Shown: positions 23,618 through 36,560, numbered from the stretch's first letter. The stretch is DNA of 36,560 nt from Octopus sinensis (GCF_006345805.1 NW_021824700.1:1-36560); one strand, 5' to 3'. Translations and numbers: made by a program. Notes: generated by a model not told the origin, from the letters alone.

Positions 23618-23703
23618 TGGCCAGGCCATTTGGGTCTGATGAGTCATCTATACACCTAAGTGCTTTATAGGCACGAAACCAATGGTCACTCTCTCACTGG
23701 CCA
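23618..23703 (+). ncRNA. Stand-alone type I hammerhead ribozyme, intact core
   Basis: uggccag..gggu-CUGAUGA(23636-42)-GU..cuaua..uauag..AC-GAA-ACCA(A)UGGU-C-acuc..cuggcca; helix I has a proximal 4-bp and distal 7-bp stem around an internal loop; predicted GUC cleavage after 23687. Confidence 0.75.
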
Positions 23704-23734
23704 TAACAAACAATCTTCTTAGTATTCTTTTATT

Positions 23735-23955
23735 CCTTTATTTGTTTCAGTCATTTGACCTCGGCCATGCTGGAGCACTTCCTTTAGTCAAGCAAATCGA
23801 CCCCAGGACTTATTCTTTGTAAGCCTAGTACTTATTCTATCGGTCTCTTTTGCCGAACCGCTAGGGACATAAACACAGCAGCATCGGTTGTCAAGCGATG
23901 TTGGGGAGACAAATACAGACACACAAACATGTACACACACACATATATACATACA

Positions 23956-24027
<72 letters not shown>

Positions 24028-24185
24028 CGACGGGCTTCTTTCAGTTTCCGTCTACCAAATCCAGTCACAAGGCTTTGGTTGGCCCGAAGCTATAGTAGAA
24101 GACACTTGCCGAAGGTGCCACGCAGTGGGACTGAACCCAGAACCATGTGGTTCGTAAGCAGGCTACTTACCACACAGCCACTCTT
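23735..24185 (-). mobile_element. Composite SINE family B, full length
   Basis: Reverse complement of 1368-1781; internal (TACA)n/(TA)n at ~23930-24028. Confidence 0.85.
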
Positions 24186-25626
24186 ATGAAAATTTAAAAG
24201 GTAAATACTTACACGTTGTAAGGGAGATAATTACAGATGGCACAATTTTAAACTTCGTTTTATTTTGAAATCTTTTTTCATAATTTTACTAGTTTTAGCC
24301 CCTGGACTGCAGTCCTGCTAGGTCCATCATATAATCTCCTGTCTGTTACTTATTTTTATTGACCATTTCATCGAAGTTAATGAACATAACGAGACACCAT
24401 AAAGACAGACACGGAGGCAAACATGTAGTTGTGTGTATGTGTGTGTTTGTGCATGTGTGTGTATACGTGAGTGTGTGTGTGTGTGTGTGTGTATGTGTGT
24501 GTGTGTGCGTGCGTCTGTGGTTGTGTGTATGAGCGTGCGTGCAAGCGTGTGTGCGACCGTGCGCGTGCATATGTATGTGTGTGTGTGTAGGCCCCTGCGC
24601 CATTAGAATCCATATATGGGGCCCATGTTAATATCTAAGTTTGAGAATTTTTTATTCACTCCTGGAAGAATGCATTAATTATTTGAGCCTGGCTGTTTGT
24701 AGACAGTTGAAAAGAATACTTTTAACAAAAAAAAAAAAAAATTAAATGATAGCATTTTAGTTGCGGGTGGGTCCCCCACCCATTGTAGTTGCGAGTAGGC
24801 CTCCTTGTTGTTGAGGGTGGGCCCCCTTAGTCACCTGGCAACCAATATTTTTAGACCCAGTCCGCCACTGATTATAAGATTAGACTTTCCGCTGCATTCT
24901 ATTGTTTTGTTTAATAAAATTGCTGTTTCTTCGAAGGTGGGGGTTTGTACTTGGCATTTCCTCGTCGTATGTTAGAAAAGAGGTCGTATTTATTCAAATT
25001 TCAAAAACGATAAACAAAAATTGCTGTGGAAGAAGCGAGCTACTAAAAAAAAACATTTAACCATTACGATAAAATATTTTTGTTGTTAATTCAAATAACA
25101 GTGGAAATGATAAACATTTAAATTTTATATTTCAAGAGTTGACTCCCTTGTTTTACTTGATTTCTTTTTTCCTCACTCGTTGTGCGCTTGTTTTAAAGTG
25201 GAACTGTTTCTTGTCTCCCCTTTTTACATATAGTGTTAGCATAGCATCCACTTTACTGTTTGCTTTTCATGCAGTAGGCCTCACCAAGAATATTTCACTT
25301 AATCAATCTCTTCAATTTAGGCAGACGTTTCCACCTATCTGACATTTGACAAGACCACCCAAAATATTGTAAGGTTAGTAATCATAAATATTATAAATTG
25401 TCCACACTTTTACGTAGGTGGTTTCTCAGACTTACAAGTTAGTAATTTACATGACTAATTTATTAAGAACAATTTATATCAGATAGATTATAGATTGTAT
25501 GAGTACTTATTAAGGAAAACCATCACGCATTAGGGCAGACTTCATACTTATAATAATATATATACACACACATGCATACATACATACACACATACATACG
25601 TACATGCATGCATACACACACACACA

Positions 25627-25664
<38 letters not shown>

Positions 25665-25680
25665 ACCCACACACATGCGC

Positions 25681-25866
25681 AGAAACAAACAAAAAGGAAC
25701 GCAGTGTAAGTAAATAACGGACAGAGTCAAGACTATTGAAAAGGTTGCAAGACGCAACGAAAATTTTAGGAAAATAAAAATAAGAAATAAGTGGAAATTT
25801 TACCGGTGAGTGTATTAAATTATAAGGCACAAAAAGAAAATGACTCTCCTCAGACACAACAGAATA
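25681..25866 (-). mobile_element. Copy of the repeat that forms the 27.2-27.4 kb foldback
   Basis: aataagtggaaattttaccggtgagtgt...aaaatgactctcctcagacacaacag aligns to 27343-27419. Confidence 0.75.
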
Positions 25867-26123
25867 ATATGTACAGTTAAACCAAAATTTTGGCTTTTAA
25901 AGTTAGCTATAAATGATAGAATAAAGACACTAGCTGAGCGCAACGATTCCACCACTGTTAAGGCTAACTGTAAATGTAGGCTGATTAACACCAAGGAATC
26001 TGAGATAGGTTAGAGTCAGTAAGCACATATTTAAGAATATAAATAACACGAAGAAAACGTCTGACCTCACCCAGTGGCGTGACACATGCGAAGTCATTAC
26101 GTAGTTAGAAGCAAAGGCAGGGT

Positions 26124-27060
<937 letters not shown>

Positions 27061-27164
27061 AAGAGAGGGCTCAACAAGAAAATGCGAATGATTATAAAAA
27101 GCTATGAAAAAGAAGTGTCCTCGTATAGAAAATATATAGATGTAGAAATACGTTTACATGAATG

Positions 27165-27419
27165 AAATTATAAATTTCGTTTTTGGATTTGGTTTGCAAG
27201 ATTCTTTATTTGAGTTCGTGTGTTGAAGCATATTCTGTTGTGTCTGGGGAGAGTCATTTTCTCTCTTGTGCCTTATAATGTAACACACTCACCGGTAAAA
27301 ATTTCCACTTATTCCTTTTTTTTTTTAAATTTTCAAATAAGGAATAAGTGGAAATTTTACCGGTGAGTGTGTTACATTATAAGGCACAAGAGAGAAAATG
27401 ACTCTCCCCAGACACAACA
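27165..27419. mobile_element. Foldback element with asymmetric arms
   Basis: Arms 27236-27317 and 27339-27419 are reverse complements apart from one homopolymer indel; 21-nt spacer; the left arm extends ~70 bp further. Confidence 0.75.
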
Positions 27420-27662
27420 AATTACAAATTATAAATTATAAATTAAGAATCTTTAAACTATATGAAGGAAAATGTTAATTTAGAGTTAAAAGGTGTACGA
27501 CGCGTGCAAGGGAAATAATTTACGAATATAACAGCAGGATTATTCTAAAGGAAGATTATTTTGTAGCAAGTGGAGATAATTGTGATAAAGCTAGCGGCGA
27601 AATAACAACACGATTCTCAGTTATCCATTTGATGCTTGTGATTGCGTAATGGTATTATAAGC

Positions 27663-27693
<31 letters not shown>

Positions 27694-27963
27694 CATACAT
27701 ACATACATACATACATACATACATACACACACACACATAAGCGCACACACATATCTGTATGCATACACACATTCATGCCCACACGTCTATGCATAGCTAC
27801 GAATGAGCGAGTTTTCATGAAACGGTAGTCCCATCACACACGAATCAAATGTCAGTCTCTTAAAAATAGAATGACACGTTGGACAATGCACTGTCCGACA
27901 CAATAGATACGGGAATGGAATGACACTGACTGACGTCGTGGGTGACCCGAAGCAAAACAATTA

Positions 27964-28317
27964 TCTATTATATAAAATCCGTTCTGTCTGTGTGTGTGTG
28001 TGTTCTAGGATCTCGGGCATCCTCCATCCGATTGCGCTCAAATTTGATATGTAGATACCGACGGTATCAGGGCGTGTATAAGTTTTGAAAAAATTACAAA
28101 AATCGATTCCAGGTGAGAATGCGATCGATAAAGCATTCTTTGGAATAGAAAAAATGTCTATCTTTATTTCTTCTTTTGCTGGTGTCTCAAATTTAGGTCA
28201 AATCAGTGTTTCTCAAAGGGGAGGCCTATGGGACGGTCGGACAAGTTGTTTTGGAGAAAATTTGGTTTAATGTTTGACAACTCAGCACCGTCCATTGGAC
28301 GGGGAGCGTTTTGCTCG
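27964..28317 (+). mobile_element. Non-autonomous Helitron-like element
   Basis: A|TCtattatataaaa start, short (TG)n near the 5' end, perfect hairpin ccgtcc-att-ggacgg (28288-28302), then CTCG|T (one change from CTAG). Confidence 0.6.
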
Positions 28318-28337
28318 TATATATATATAATATATAT

Positions 28338-28371
<34 letters not shown>

Positions 28372-28383
28372 ATATATATATAT

Positions 28384-31235
28384 CGAAATCTGCCTTTCAG
28401 CTCCTGACCCTCGTCGTGTTAACATCGTTGTTTTCGTCCGCCGCTATAAAGGCTTTTTCCAATGCGCCAGAGAAAAAATTTGTTTGCTTGTTATCAGTCG
28501 TAAGAACTTGTTTGTTTTCACAGTTTCACCGTTAATGCTTCTGTATTTCATTTTCCTGTATTCCATTATTGTTTTTTGTTTTTTTTTTATATCTGTCCCT
28601 TTTGCTGTCCTGGTGTTCGTATGCATTCGATCCTTCTTCCAGGAAATCTACGCTTCCAGCTTAGTTTTTCTTGGAGGGCTGGCCGTGATCTAGTAATCTC
28701 AAGATTAATCAGCCGAAATTACTACGATGATCCGGTTCTTGACTGAAGACTGAGGGGTTCGAATGTCCTGTCCATGTTTATTGTATCGTCTTCTATGAGT
28801 TATACGTTCTTGTCCATGTTGTATTTTTCTACATACCTTAACATATATTCCAGGCGCCCCGTACCCCCTTTATCATTAATGTGAACACATATTCTTAATA
28901 ATTGGTACGACTCTCTGTTTGTCTCTCTCTCTCTCTCATTTTTTTCTTTCTCTCTATTCATCTTCTCTTTCCTCTGATCCTTTGGTCTAGTCTTCTTCAC
29001 TACCCTCCTATTTCTTTGTCTCGCTCTGCACTCACAGGTCATTCTTCGACACCCATCCCTTCTCCTCTCTGATTCCTTCTTTCTCTCTCTTCTCTCTCTT
29101 TGTTGCGTTTTGTCCCCCTTTTCTCTCTCTCTCTTCCTTTGCCTCTCTTTTTTTCTTTTCCCTCTTCTCGTCACGTGACTGTTGGCCGAAATCTGCCTTT
29201 CAGCTCCTGAACCCTCGTCGTGTTAACATCGTTGTTTTCGTCCGCCGCTATAAAGGCTTTTTCCAATGCGCCAGAGAAAAAATTTGTTTGCTTGTTATCA
29301 GTCGTAAGACACTTGTTGTTTTCACCGTTAATGCTTCTGTATTTCATGTTTTGTATTCCATTATTTTTTTTTTTTTTTTTTTTTTTATCTGTCCCTTTTG
29401 CTGTCCTGGTGTTCGTATGCATTCGATCCTTCTTCCAGGAAATCTACGCTTCCAGCTTAGTTTTTCTTGGATGGCTGGCCGTGATCTAGTAATCTCAAGA
29501 TTAATCAGCCGAAATTACTACGATGATCCGGTTCTTGACTGAAGACTGAGGGGTTCGAATGTCCTGTCCATGTTTATTGTATCGTCTTCTATGAGTTATA
29601 CGTTCTTGTCCATGTTGTATTTTTCTACATACTAACCTTAACATATATTCCAGGCGCCCCGTACCCCCTTTATCATTAATGTGAACACATATTCTTAATA
29701 ATTGGTACGACTCTCTGTTTGTCTCTCTCTCTCTCTCTCATTTTTACTTTCTCTCTATTCATCTTCTCTTTCTCTGATCCTTTGGTCTAGTCTTCCACTA
29801 CCCTCCTCCATTTCTTTGTCTCGCTCTGCACTCACAGGTCATTCTTCGACACCCATCCCTTCTCCTCTCTGATTCCTTCTTCTCTTCTCTTCTCTCTCTT
29901 TGTTGCGTTTTGTCCCCCTTTTCTCTCTCTCTCTTCCTTTGCCTCTCTCTTTCTTTTCTTTTCCCTCTTCTCTGTCACGTGACTGTTGGCCGAAATCTGC
30001 CTTTCAGCTCCTGACCCTCGTCGGGTTAACATCGTTGTTTTCGTCCGCCGCTTAAAGGCTTTTTCCAATGCGCCAGAGAAAAATTTTTTGCTTGTTATCA
30101 GTCGTAAGACACTTGTGTTTTCACCGTTAATGCTTCTGTATTTCATGTTTCTGTATTCCATTATTGTTTTTTTGTTTTTTTTTTATATCTGTCCCTTTTG
30201 CTGTCCTGGTGTTCGTATGCATTCGATCCTTCTTCCAGGAAATCTACGCTTCCAGCTTAGTTTTTCTTGGGGCTGGCCTGATCTAGTAATCTCAAGATTA
30301 ATCAGCCGAAATTACTACGATGATCCGGTTCTTGACTGAAGACTGAGGGGTTCGAATGTCCTGTCCTGTTTATTGTATCGTCTTCTATGAGTTATACGTT
30401 CTTGTCCATGTTGTATTTTTCTACATACCTTAACATATATTCCAGGCGCCCCGTACCCCCTTTATATCATTAATGTGAACACATATTCTTAATAATTGGT
30501 ACGACTCTCTGTTTGTCTCTCTCTCTCTCTCTCATTTTTACTTTCTCTCTATTCATCTTCTCTTTCTCTGATCCTTTGGTCTAGTCTTCCACTACCCTCC
30601 TCCTATTTTTTGTCTCGCTCTGCACTCACAGTCATTCTTCGACACCCATCCCTTCTCCTCCTCTGATTCCTTCTTTCTCTCTTCTCTCTCTTTTCTTTGT
30701 GCGTTTTTGTCCCCCTTTTCTCTCTCTCTTCCTTTGCCTCTCTTTCTTTTCTTTTCCCTCTTCTCTGTCACGTGACTGTTGGCCGAAATCTGCCTTTCAG
30801 CTCTCCTGACCTCGTCGTGTTAACATCGTTGTTTTCGTCCGCCGCTATAAAGGCTTTTTCCAATGCGCCAGAGAGAAAAAATTTGTTTGCTTGTTATCAG
30901 TCGTAAGACACTTGTTGTTTTCACACGTTAATGATGCTTCTGTATTTCATGTTTCTGTATTCCATTATTGTTTTTTGTTTTTTTTTTATATCTGTCCCTT
31001 TTGCTGTCCTGGTGTTCGTATGCATTCGATCCTTCTTCCAGAAATCTACGCTTCCAGCTAGTTTTTTCTTGGAGGGCTGGCCGTGATCTAGTAATCTCAA
31101 TTAATCAGCCGAAATTACTACGATGATCCGTTTCTTGACTGAAGACTGAGGGGTTCGAATGTCCTGTCCATGTTTATTGTATCGTCTTCTATGAGTTATA
31201 CGTTCTTGTCCATGTTGTATTTTTCTACATACCTT

Positions 31236-31240
<5 letters not shown>
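28384..31240. repeat. Tandem array of an ~800-bp unit, 3.6 copies, bounded by (TA)n
   Basis: Unit starts (cgaaatctgcc) at 28384, 29187, 29991 and 30784; the last unit is truncated at ~31240; copies differ mostly by small indels. Confidence 0.95.
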
Positions 31241-31273
<33 letters not shown>

Positions 31274-31274
<1 letters not shown>

Positions 31275-31483
31275 GTAAAGCGGTGGAGGACAATGCTAGC
31301 TGCTATGGCATGGCTAGAGATAGAGGGAAAAGTTAATGACAAGAGGAAGCGTGAACAAGGAGTATGGTGAGATGTTCACTAATACCTGTAAGCGAGAAAG
31401 AGCCTGAAGTATAGAGCCTGGAGTATAGACAAAACCGTTGTAGTTCAGGCTTCCGCCGCTAGAAGCCACCTGACCCTCAGACA
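31274..31483. mobile_element. Candidate solo LTR (210 bp)
   Basis: TGT...ACA termini; flanks atagt / ttagt (4 of 5 match, TSD-like); no internal domain seen. Confidence 0.4.
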
Positions 31484-31570
31484 TTAGTCTGCCGACCGAA
31501 GTCGTTATGTAAAGTTGTACTGCCACGTTTTTGTTTTACTGTGCTTCTCCCCTGCTCGTTGACTTTTGCG

Positions 31571-31800
31571 ATAGCTGAAACGGAGGAACAACGTGCTTCC
31601 GTGAAATTCTGTTTTCTATTGGGGAAAACGGCGACTGGAACAGTTGTCATACTTCAAACAACTTAGAAGGACGCTGCCATGAGCAAAACACAAGTTTACG
31701 GGTGGTTTCCACGCTTTAGGAATGGTCGCTTGTTGCTTGAAGAGCAACTCGTTCAGGAAGGCTGTCGACCAGCTGGATGAATGAAAACATCATGGAAATT
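31571..31800 (+). mobile_element. mariner transposase N-terminal remnant
   Basis: IAETEEQRASVKFCFLLGKTATGTVVILQTT*KDAAMSKTQVYGWFPRFRNGRLLLEEQ; start codon ATG mutated to ATA; internal stop. Confidence 0.85.
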
Positions 31801-31817
31801 CATGAACGACAGGCGCA

Positions 31818-31969
31818 GGTAAGTATCTTGCTTACCAACCACATTGTTCCAGGTTCAGTCCCACTGCGTGGCATCTTGGGCAAGTGTCTCCTACTATAGC
31901 CTCGGGCCGACCAAAGCCTTGTGAGTCGATTTGGTTGACGGAAACTGAAAGAAGCCCGTCGTATATATG

Positions 31970-32011
<42 letters not shown>

Positions 32012-32130
32012 CGCGCGCGCGCGCGCGTGTGTGTCTATATTTGTCCCCCTAGTATTACTTAGCGGTTCGGCAAAAGAGACCGATAGAATAAGTCCCGGGG
32101 TCGATTTGCTCGACTAAAAGGCATGGCCGC
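31818..32130 (+). mobile_element. Composite SINE family B with internal deletions
   Basis: Head ...ccaggttcagtcccactgcgtggca; internal (TA)(TG)(CG)n; tail ggttcggcaaaagagaccgatagaataag. Confidence 0.8.
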
Positions 32131-32379
32131 AGTCAAATATATAGTTTCATTGTACAATTTCATTTGTATTTGTTTATGTTGTTTTGTGGGATATACTATG
32201 TGGATAAATCTACATTGTTCCTGGTTCACTCCCAGTACATGGTACATTGGGCAAGTGTCCTACTATAGCCTCGGGCCATCCAAAGGCTTGTGATTTTGTT
32301 GACGGAAACTGAAATAAGTATCTCGCATATATTGACCGCCAGTGTTGGTGTGTCTACGTCCGATAGAATAAGTTCCAGG

Positions 32380-32610
32380 CTGTATGTTGTGTTCTTGAAC
32401 AAGACACTTTATTTCACATTGCTCCAGTTCACTCATCTGTAAAAACGAGTTGCGACGTCACTGGTGCCAAGCTGTCTCGGCCTTTGCCTTTTCCTGGGAC
32501 AACCTTGGTGGTATGGAGACGGGACACTGATATTTATGGTCTTCCATAAACAACCTTGCCCAGACTTGTGCCTCGGAGGGGAACTTTCTCATGACCGAAG
32601 GGGGTCTTTA
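32380..32610 (+). mobile_element. SINE family D, 5'-truncated
   Basis: Aligns to 22770-23030. Confidence 0.75.
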
Positions 32611-33659
32611 CCATTTAAGTCTATATTTTATAGAATGTATATATTGCAAGTATTTATGTTAGTGATTGCGGTTTGTGTGAAAATCAGCAAACCTTGATTT
32701 TATTCCCTGGTAGAGTTGGTTCCGTTAGCCTTGTAGGCATATAATGTTTGCATATCTTAGAATCCCATGACCTGATTAGCTCCCGCTCATTGTGATTCCT
32801 TCATAAGCAAACGTACAATGTTTATTATGTCAGCTGAAAGCTGTCACATGGCCAAGATTTCAAGATGAGGCGGTGCTTCCAAAAACATTTATTGTTTGAT
32901 TGAGCCTACGACCAAGTATAAAAATAGTTTGTCTTGTTTGTTTGTTTTTCCCCCGTCCAAAAGACCAGTTGCGATCAAGAAACGAACAGGTGCAGTCAAG
33001 AAGCAGAAGTGACGGACAAGTTACTGACAAATGGGAACATGACACGAATGCAGAAACCGAACGTTTCTGACAAACAGAACACCAGTCAGAGACTGCATGT
33101 ACTAACTTCTTTCTTAAGCCCAAGTTGTGTTACTAATATCCATATACAAATGTTCCCGCTGCTCACTTATTTATTTTTTCATCCTTACACATGCGAAATT
33201 CCCTTTGGTGACGCAACAGCAAGTTGGGTTGTTGTTTCTAGTAAAACAATATTTAAAAAAAAAAACGCTTCTTTGCCACACTTACACTAAATCTGTGGAA
33301 AAACTAAACGACAAACATTTCGCTGTTTAATATGACAAAACTAATTCATTTATCGTATGTTTACGGAGAATATTCTCTAGTGATGAAATTTCAAACGCCT
33401 TACGTGACTAATTGTTTTTTTTTGTTCTTTTTTTTTAGCAAAATATTTCGCTGCTGTAGATTGCACAGCCAAATGTTCATTCTAACAAAAAGAAAACAAA
33501 CACTATGAACTGAGTAAACAGTAAATTTTCGGCATACCTATACAAGTGTCAGTGGAGGCGTGTGGCTTAGTGGTTAGGGGTGTTGGATTATGGTTTCAAT
33601 TCCTCGATCAGGCGATGTGTTGTGTTTTTGAGTAAAACACTGCACTTCACGTTTTGCTG

Positions 33660-34020
33660 CAGCTTGTTTGTTTGTTGAGCGAAGCGGTCTTCGCCCGATT
33701 AGTGGGAGAATTTTTTTAATGTGGTCCTTTGCTATTCGTAAGACCCGCAGAAGAGAAAGCAGGTCAACCCCCGACACCGAGAGCATCGACGGATGGATGA
33801 ATGCGCAGCCAGGCTCAGCGGTTGCGTAGGAAGTCGGGGACAAAAAACCAGAAGAAAGAGTGAGAGAAAGAGTACAACAGGGGTCGCCACCACCCACTGC
33901 CTCGTGGAGCTTTAGGTGTTTTCGCTCAATAAACACACACAACGCCCGGTCTGGGAATCGAAACCGCGATCCTCCGACCGCGAGTCCGCTGCCCTAGCCA
34001 CTGGGGCATTGCGCCTTCAC
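33660..34020 (-). mobile_element. Family E SINE head joined to a different GC-rich downstream segment
   Basis: 33850-34020 matches 9880-10075; 33660-33850 is unrelated to the 9693-9880 tail. Confidence 0.65.
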
Positions 34021-34176
34021 TCGTTGCTGCAGTCCACTCAGCTGGCAAAAATAAGTAGTCCTGCGATGGACTGGGGTTTTGTCCAAGGGTGGGGGAAATA
34101 TATGTGCCACTGAAATCGGGAAACCTACCCTATGAGTCTCTCTTTCTTCTCTCTTTTTTTCTCTCTCTCTCTTTTT

Positions 34177-34214
<38 letters not shown>

Positions 34215-34223
34215 ATGTATATG

Positions 34224-34293
<70 letters not shown>

Positions 34294-34349
34294 GTTGTGT
34301 GTGTGTGTGGTGTGTCGTATATGTATATATAGTCGTATATGTATATATA

Positions 34350-34575
34350 TGCGTATCTGCTTATGTGTGTGTGTTTTGTCCCTCGCCATCGCTTGACAAC
34401 CGATGCTGGTGTGTTTATGTCCCCGTAACTTATCGGTTTGGCAAAAGAGACTGATAGAATAAGTACTAGGCTCACAAAGAATAAGTCCTGTGGTCGATTT
34501 CTTCGACTAAAACCCTTTAAGGCGGTGCTCAGCATGGCCGTAGTCACACGACTGAAACAAGTTAAAGAATAGAAG
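34350..34575 (+). mobile_element. Composite SINE family B, 3' half
   Basis: Tail homologous to 1615-1781. Confidence 0.75.
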
Positions 34576-34767
34576 AACATACATACATACATACCTACAT
34601 ACATACATACATACATACATACATACATACATACATACATACATACATGTGTGTCTGTGTATTATGTAATATATATGTTGCATTTTATGGGTCCACACAC
34701 GGCTGTTGCTGAGAAATATTCAACTATACAGTAGTTATAAAGAATGATCTAAATCTTATTGGAATAT

Positions 34768-35025
34768 AATCATCATCATCATTGTTCGACCGTGGTCGAG
34801 ACAATGGAATTTACATGCTACGCCAGACTTCACGGTCCATCATGGCATCACGGAGGTCCTGTTGCTGGATGCCTGTATCCCTGGAGATTACATCAGGGTA
34901 GGAGAGTGTGCGCCCTCTGGTATTGCGAGTAGATGGCTTCCAGAGGAGAAGAGTAGAAATTACTTCTTTTTCAGCTCTACAACAATGTCCAGCAAACTGG
35001 ACTCTCCTACCTTTCACATATAAAC
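34768..35025 (-). mobile_element. RTE-clade LINE 3' end with (GAT)n tail
   Basis: RRVQFAGHCCRAEKEVISTLLLWKP..GRTLSYPDVISRDTG..DLRDAMMDREVWR; (cat)n on the plus strand at ~34768-34783. Confidence 0.8.
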
Positions 35026-35970
35026 TGAGCAACTGAAAGCTAGTGTGCGGTGCAGAAACAAATGTTGTGATCCATGATCAAAACCTGATATTTTCCATCT
35101 TCCTGTTATATCATTTTAACATAAAATGATGTGTGTGTGTGTGTGTGTATGTATTATATAAGTGTGTCGTATGATCGTTCCACAGTATATTGACGTACAC
35201 CTATGTACATAAAATGTCACACTTTTTTATGTTTTCAGATAAAAAAAAAAAAAAAATTGTGAATAACAGAAACGGGACGCGCAACTGCAGAATTTAAAAA
35301 AAAATAAAATATTGTTTGGCAATCGCTTTGATTTATTGGTCTTACTTCATTTAAATATATTTTATTTGTTACGCATGGTTACGATGAGACGGGGAAGAAA
35401 AACGAGAGAATAGCAAACAGTTTTACACATAGACGCACGCATGCACACATAGAAACAAGCAAACACACACACACACACACGTTTGGATCGGATAACGCTG
35501 TCCTGTATTTTTAAAATGTCTGACATTACGAAGCGAAATATAGGAGAAATGACGTCAGACTTTTTTTTGATTTTGAATGAAAACATTAGCATTACAGCTG
35601 GAAGCCAAACTGAGAAGAGCGCCATTGGGCGTTCTGTCTATCAAAGTCTGTATTACGTCATAATTAATATTGATTTCGAGGCAGAATAGAGGACTAAATT
35701 GTTTCTACGTTTCGTCCTTCTATCTCTATACGAATTCAAATTCCACAGGAGTTAGTTTTCGCCTTTCATCTAAACAGGGTCGATAAATTAAGTAGCTGTC
35801 ATATACTAAATTCAAATCAATACAATTTTACCTCTCTCTTGCAAATATTTGGTTCTGTGCGAATGTGAGAAATTGCATTTAGTGATTGCACAAGACCATA
35901 ATAGCTACAAACACGAGAAAATTGAACTGTGTGGTGTTTGTGTTTGTGCATTTCTCGACGGCAGTGACTA

Positions 35971-36452
35971 CCGTAAATCCTCGAGTATAATCCGCATTTT
36001 TTCCCCAAAATTTAAAAGTCAAAATCCCTAGAACGTACTATATACGAGGTTAAAAATGAAATATATTTTCTAAGCAATGCCTGAGTCTCTATTTGCTGTC
36101 CGGTGATGTTTATTCAGACGCATTTTGTGATGTCGGGTGCGAAAATACCTTAAGCTAAGCCTGAAAGCAATGAAGTCATAAAAGAATCATCCATAACTTG
36201 CAGTAAGCAACATTTATTAAACGTTATTACTGTTATTTCTTTATTTTCTGCAAACAAAATGCACAAAAAAGCTACACGTTTGCATTATGTTATACATACA
36301 ATAATAATAAAGGACGTTACCGTATACCTCCTTGACTCAAGTTAGAGAAAGGGTGCGTATTATACACAAGGTTTAGGTTTTTCAGAGGTACAGCCCCCTA
36401 AAAGTCCCCTGAGTATAATACTCAAGGGCGGACTATACGCGAGGATTTACGG
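35971..36452. mobile_element. pogo/Tigger-like MITE (482 bp)
   Basis: 25-bp TIRs ccgtaaatcctcgagtataatccgc / gcggactatacgcgaggatttacgg (2 mismatches); TA TSD on both sides. Confidence 0.85.
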
Positions 36453-36560
36453 TATGTCACGGGAGCAAAACTAACATGGCTACAACTTGCTTATCGACTC
36501 TGCTCTCTTGGGCTTTAACTCTTTCTCCACAACGCTCGCCTGTCGTACATATTCTCTACG

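Noticed and set aside
24590-24870. hAT-like MITE ending in ccagtccgccactg
   Set aside because: Only one terminus is visible; no matching left TIR or 8-bp TSD was found.
24870-24965. Short minus-strand ORF MPSTNPHL... as a first exon at the CpG boundary
   Set aside because: Only about 25 codons, no canonical donor site and no recognisable homology.
28735-28785. Hammerhead in the array unit (CTGAAGActgaggggttcGAAtgtc)
   Set aside because: Helix II ends do not pair (C opposite C), A15.1 is absent and there is no helix I partner. Mentioned only as a lead.
28384-31240. Tandem array as CRISPR, rDNA or a multicopy gene
   Set aside because: The units are ~800 bp with no unique spacers, no rRNA or snRNA motif that I recognise, and no consistent ORF.
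32860-32890. aagatgaggcggtgcttccaaaaac as a degenerate hammerhead
   Set aside because: Both core halves are mutated and no helix I or III is present.

Overview
AT-rich eukaryotic (metazoan) non-coding DNA made mostly of transposon remnants and microsatellites. The SINE families resemble those I recall from octopus/coleoid genomes (inference, not verified). I found no host protein-coding exon. The supplied ORFs are microsatellite read-throughs, chance ORFs, or pieces of decayed transposon ORFs. Recognisable elements: several tRNA-derived SINE families; LINE remnants (two RLE-type R4/Dong-like, two RTE, one Tx1-like, one possible L2); a decayed Penelope-like (PLE) reverse transcriptase; Tc1/mariner remnants and MITEs; piggyBac-like and pogo/Tigger-like MITEs; two non-autonomous Helitron-like elements; a candidate solo LTR; and a 3.6-unit tandem array of an ~800-bp unit. 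The most notable signal is a set of non-coding elements carrying type I hammerhead ribozymes with palindromic helix III. Three motifs have an intact catalytic core (4487-4580 minus, 13794-13840 minus, 23618-23703 plus). The first two sit in long foldback palindromes embedded in (TA)n, where the opposite arm carries a core-mutated copy. Four long palindromes occur within 23 kb. CpG decay in repeats appears to drop near 24.5-25 kb, suggesting a methylation-domain boundary.
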